DNA of 64,000 nt from the IMG/VR virus record IMGVR_UViG_3300033182_001391, positions 7,141-71,140 of that record; one strand, written 5' to 3'. This document shows, in pieces, positions 61,069-64,000 of the stretch. The stretch comes from a virus. A program made the translations under genes and the position numbers. Below the pieces are notes generated by a model, which was not told where the DNA came from, did no database searches, and worked only from the letters and a program-made list of their open reading frames with translations. The first letter of the stretch is position 1. Every line of letters starts with the position of its first letter.

Positions 61069-62708
61069 AAATCACCTTTATCACTATCTTCATTATAATA
61101 AACTACATTATACTCTTTTTCAAGCAAACTTTCAACAGCAGTTAAAAGCTCACTATCATTTCTCTTAATATTTGGAGAAGTTCTTCTTGAATTTTGATTA
61201 GCGGGTCTAACTGAATTACCGACACCTCTGCGATTATTTGGAAGATTTCTTGCACCACCAGAAGAAGACTGCTGCTTATCCCCATCTTTAACAACATCAG
61301 TTCCAGATGGCTGCTGCTGCGCCTGCATCTGTGCTTGCATCTTCATTTGAACATTAGCTTGAATCGATGGGAAAAGAGACTCTTCTTCAAAATCAGGATC
61401 TATACCAAGTTCCATTCTAGCCTCAGGAAGAGAAATAACAGAGTTAACAAACTTCTGAATAATATGCGTTTCCTTCTTAACCTGTGTATCGACATCTATT
61501 TCGTTAAACTTGAAGTAACATCTGTCTGACGAACCTTCTTCGTAAGGATTTGCAATAGGGTCAAATCCACCCTCTAGCAGCATTTCATTGAAAATGTGAA
61601 CTCTAACCATTTCTGCGAAAATCTTTTGATACTGCTTCACCTTGTCATATAGGGCGGTATCTAATCTTTCCGTAACAGATCTATTACCACCATTCATTGA
61701 CATGCCAAGATGATGTGGCGCAACACCTAGTCCGACTGCAACTCTCTCCTTAAAATGGTCCAAGTAGCTTGTAGCATCAATAGAAGCTCCGTTAGCACCA
61801 ACTATATCGATATCGTGACGGTGCGGCAAAATTAAGCCACCTTCAGATCTCATACTCTCTATCTCTGCCGCCGCACGAGTGATCTCTTCTGGCTCAGCCG
61901 GCTGCTCAGGAGTACCTATACGATACTTATATAAAGGAAACAGTTCTCTGTGAACAAGATTTTGTATATCTTCTTCCATTTGTCGCAACGCAACAACATC
62001 ATCTAAAACATTCGATAAAAATGGTGTACCAAATGCACGACCAGTTTTTTTGTCAAAAGACATGTGGACAACTCTTTCGGCAGTCCAAACAGGATCTTTT
62101 TCAGTAGGTGCATAAGTTAAAGGGTCAGTTGCCTGCTGATAAGACCTGGGCCTATTATACTTATCTCTTAAAATTCTGACCTGCTCAGTTGGGATAAGGT
62201 AATATCCAACGAGTGTTTGATTTGCATTTATAGGAGTAAGTGCAGAAGGGAAATACTGAGATATATCACCTCTAGCTTTAACTATGAAAGCGTTGGCAAA
62301 CTTAAAAAGATGATCTGAAACTTCTAGAAGAAAATCTGAAAATGGTCTTTTCATAGCCATTTCCATATAATCAATTCTTTGATACAAGTACTGTACGGCC
62401 TCAGGATTTTCACCTACAATATTCCAGCCCTCTTTCCAAAAGAGTTCCTTATACTTAGCTATAGATTGTTTCACATAAGAATCGGTATCTACAGCCTGTA
62501 TAATCCTATCAAAATCATAAGGAGATGGCTCAAAATTAGTACGATTATCATAGTACCAAGTCGTACCCTGAAAACCGAGAGCTAATGCGGCCACCCGCAT
62601 TGACTTGCCAACACTTTTGATTTCATCTGGAGCCAAAGCTCTAGCTATTACATTGTTTCTAGGAAAACTATCTATCTGCCTAAACGGCAGAAAATCTAAA
62701 ATGGCCAT
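61065..62708 (-). CDS. Portal protein
   Basis: 547 aa upstream of the protease; GRAFGTPFLSNVLDDVVALRQMEE, RVAVGLGVAPHHLG, ISLPEARMELGIDP. Confidence 0.88.
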   Translation of the reverse strand: MAILDFLPFRQIDSFPRNNVIARALAPDEIKSVGKSMRVAALALGFQGTTWYYDNRTNFEPSPYDFDRIIQAVDTDSYVKQSIAKYKELFWKEGWNIVGENPEAVQYLYQRIDYMEMAMKRPFSDFLLEVSDHLFKFANAFIVKARGDISQYFPSALTPINANQTLVGYYLIPTEQVRILRDKYNRPRSYQQATDPLTYAPTEKDPVWTAERVVHMSFDKKTGRAFGTPFLSNVLDDVVALRQMEEDIQNLVHRELFPLYKYRIGTPEQPAEPEEITRAAAEIESMRSEGGLILPHRHDIDIVGANGASIDATSYLDHFKERVAVGLGVAPHHLGMSMNGGNRSVTERLDTALYDKVKQYQKIFAEMVRVHIFNEMLLEGGFDPIANPYEEGSSDRCYFKFNEIDVDTQVKKETHIIQKFVNSVISLPEARMELGIDPDFEEESLFPSIQANVQMKMQAQMQAQQQPSGTDVVKDGDKQQSSSGGARNLPNNRRGVGNSVRPANQNSRRTSPNIKRNDSELLTAVESLLEKEYNVVYYNEDSDKGDL

Positions 62709-62732
62709 AAATACTCCTATAAAGAACTAATG

Positions 62733-62742
62733 TAATAGTAGT
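62733..62742 (-). promoter_or_regulatory. Putative late promoter (TACTAT motif)
   Basis: ACTACTATTA about 27 nt upstream of the portal ATG. Confidence 0.45.
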
Positions 62743-62765
62743 TTGTAAAAAACTTTTTTATAAGC

Positions 62766-62969
62766 TCAGATTGACTCTTCCATTCCTGCAGCGGCAAAAG
62801 CGTTCTTGATAATTAGATCCTTAACAGCCTCTAACCAAAAAACTGTTTCACCCTCACCAAAATCACTTCTATACTGAAGATTCTTATTAGAAATATTAAT
62901 CTCTATAGAAAACTCAGTTTTTGCCTCTTCACCTTCAACGGTCTCAACATCTATAACTTGCTCTGACAT
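62766..62969 (-). CDS. Small hypothetical protein (about 67 aa)
   Basis: ATG at 62969 (MSEQ) with GAGGT RBS is preferred to the track start at 62981. Confidence 0.7.
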   Translation of the reverse strand: MSEQVIDVETVEGEEAKTEFSIEINISNKNLQYRSDFGEGETVFWLEAVKDLIIKNAFAAAGMEESI

Positions 62970-62977
62970 TTTATACC

Positions 62978-63169
62978 TCACTCAAAACTTTCATCTTTTT
63001 TAGCTGTTTTTTTAGAACTAGAATCAGAGTGTGAATGCGATTCAAGCTCTTCTATTTTTATCGTAAGCTGTCTAATTATAGCATCTTTTACAATCAGATC
63101 AGACGACATTTGTGCAATTCTTTCATTGAAAACTTGCACAAGAACATTTACATCAAGGTTATTTTCCAT
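62978..63169 (-). CDS. Small coiled-coil protein (63 aa)
   Basis: AAGGAG RBS; heptad pattern; directly downstream of a consensus promoter. Confidence 0.75.
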   Translation of the reverse strand: MENNLDVNVLVQVFNERIAQMSSDLIVKDAIIRQLTIKIEELESHSHSDSSSKKTAKKDESFE

Positions 63170-63189
63170 AGTTCTCCTTAAAACATGCG

Positions 63190-63218
63190 ATTATATCACC
63201 AAAAAGTATTGCGGTCAA
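63190..63218 (-). promoter_or_regulatory. Near-consensus sigma70/SigA promoter
   Basis: TTGACC-17 nt-TATAAT with TG extension. Confidence 0.8.
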
Positions 63219-63268
63219 ATTGTAAATTTAGTTCATTCAATAATATTATACATAATTATCATTTCTTA

Positions 63269-63298
63269 AGACCAGACGCTTAATTAAGCGTCTGGTCT
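63269..63298. repeat. Perfect 30-bp palindrome
   Basis: AGACCAGACGCTTAA|TTAAGCGTCTGGTCT, spanning the tail fibre stop codon. Confidence 0.9.
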
Positions 63299-64000
63299 GA
63301 TTCTTCTTCTCTTGTGAGAATCCAGTTTTTGTAGGCTTCTATGTCGATAAGGCTTTCTTGTTTTGAACCAACGCCCCTTTCTCTAGGGGAGGTCCAATCC
63401 GGGTTTGCCTGCTTGTATAATTCTTCTACCATTTTAGAAAGTCGTTGAATTTCAGCAGTGAGGAGCGGAGCCAAAACATCTATATCATACATCACCAACT
63501 CGCCGTCGGGCCCTAGAAGTGATGCTTCTGGGAGCTCATCGACTACTTCCTCAGCGATAAAACCGTAGTTATAGGGCTTAGCGTCGTCCGGCTCTTCTGT
63601 GATCGTTCTTTTAAAGATAACGGGTCTCAAATTTTGTATTGGGTTTACTTCATCAAGATACTCTAAAATTTCACCAATTGAGTAAACATTTGTTTTTGTA
63701 CTTCTTAAAGAAGTGCTTCTGTATACCCTCCCGGTTCCCGAAGATACTCTTACGTATTGACCAAACCCTGATGTCGGTAGATTTGTCATGTAGATAGAGG
63801 AGCTCTTAAGGGTCACCCCCACGCTTACCGTTCCAGTCGTCCCATAATCTTTTGGAAGATAGTCATGAGCGTGATTAGTCGCAGCGTATGGATGAGAATG
63901 TGCCAAGGAAAAATCACTTGCGTGATAGCCGTCTAATCTGTCAGCGTGAAGACCTGAACCTGGTCCGTCGTTGTTGGAGGTCCAGATTGTGCCTGATACA
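63280..64000 (-). CDS. Tail fibre C-terminus with peptidase S74-like intramolecular chaperone (partial; open to the right edge)
   Basis: The frame stays open beyond the track start (IWTSNNDGPGSGLHADRLDGYHASDF fibre motif); TSLRSTKTNV..LRPVIF..YGFIAEEV..LTAEIQRL. Confidence 0.85.
   Translation of the reverse strand, partial: VSGTIWTSNNDGPGSGLHADRLDGYHASDFSLAHSHPYAATNHAHDYLPKDYGTTGTVSVGVTLKSSSIYMTNLPTSGFGQYVRVSSGTGRVYRSTSLRSTKTNVYSIGEILEYLDEVNPIQNLRPVIFKRTITEEPDDAKPYNYGFIAEEVVDELPEASLLGPDGELVMYDIDVLAPLLTAEIQRLSKMVEELYKQANPDWTSPRERGVGSKQESLIDIEAYKNWILTREEESDQTLN

Larger units (their letters stand above)
1..64000 (-). mobile_element. Large myovirus-type (probably jumbo) phage, head-neck-tail-baseplate gene module
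   Basis: About 36 tightly packed co-oriented genes in portal/protease/capsid/sheath/tube/tape measure/hub/baseplate order, several over 1500 aa. No host housekeeping genes, integrase or terminase in the window. Confidence 0.96.

Noticed and set aside
7842-62585. Many short plus-strand and alternate-frame ORFs in the track (e.g. 28501-28953, 53377-53712, 58093-58650)
   Set aside because: They lie inside or antisense to long, coherent minus-strand genes and show no recognisable motifs; they are shadow ORFs.
1-64000. Stop codon reassignment (code 15 or code 4) as in some jumbo phages
   Set aside because: Very long ORFs and near-complete coding density under the standard code; TAA, TAG and TGA all end genes.
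1-64000. CRISPR arrays, tRNAs, inteins, introns, DGR repeats
   Set aside because: None recognised by eye: intergenic gaps are at most about 130 nt and explained, and no repeat-spacer periodicity or intein termini were seen. This was not a computational scan.

Overview
The whole window is the virion morphogenesis module of a large (probably jumbo) contractile-tailed phage, with every real gene on the minus strand and the standard genetic code. In transcription order (right to left): a partial tail fibre with an S74 chaperone domain, two small genes, portal, a small basic protein, a GT-A glycosyltransferase, prohead protease with a nested scaffold, a head decoration protein, major capsid protein, neck and fibre proteins, two sheath-family genes, three tube-family genes, two tail chaperones, tape measure, a 1607-aa protein with two-barrel RNA polymerase-like motifs, a 3667-aa hub carrying a nuclease domain, a triple-domain peptidoglycan hydrolase, a split spike, gp25-like, baseplate J, and giant wedge or peripheral proteins. 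Three signals stand out. (1) An [A/S]-T-P tripeptide is strongly enriched in predicted surface virion proteins, nearly absent from internal ones, and a glycosyltransferase sits inside the head operon: a candidate sequon-directed virion glycosylation system. (2) A hairpin just after the capsid stop codon is complementary to 23S rRNA helix 69, and its core recurs after the tail tube stop. (3) The candidate virion RNA polymerase has a rearranged, non-canonical active site. All calls come from reading motifs and gene order by eye; no database search was run.
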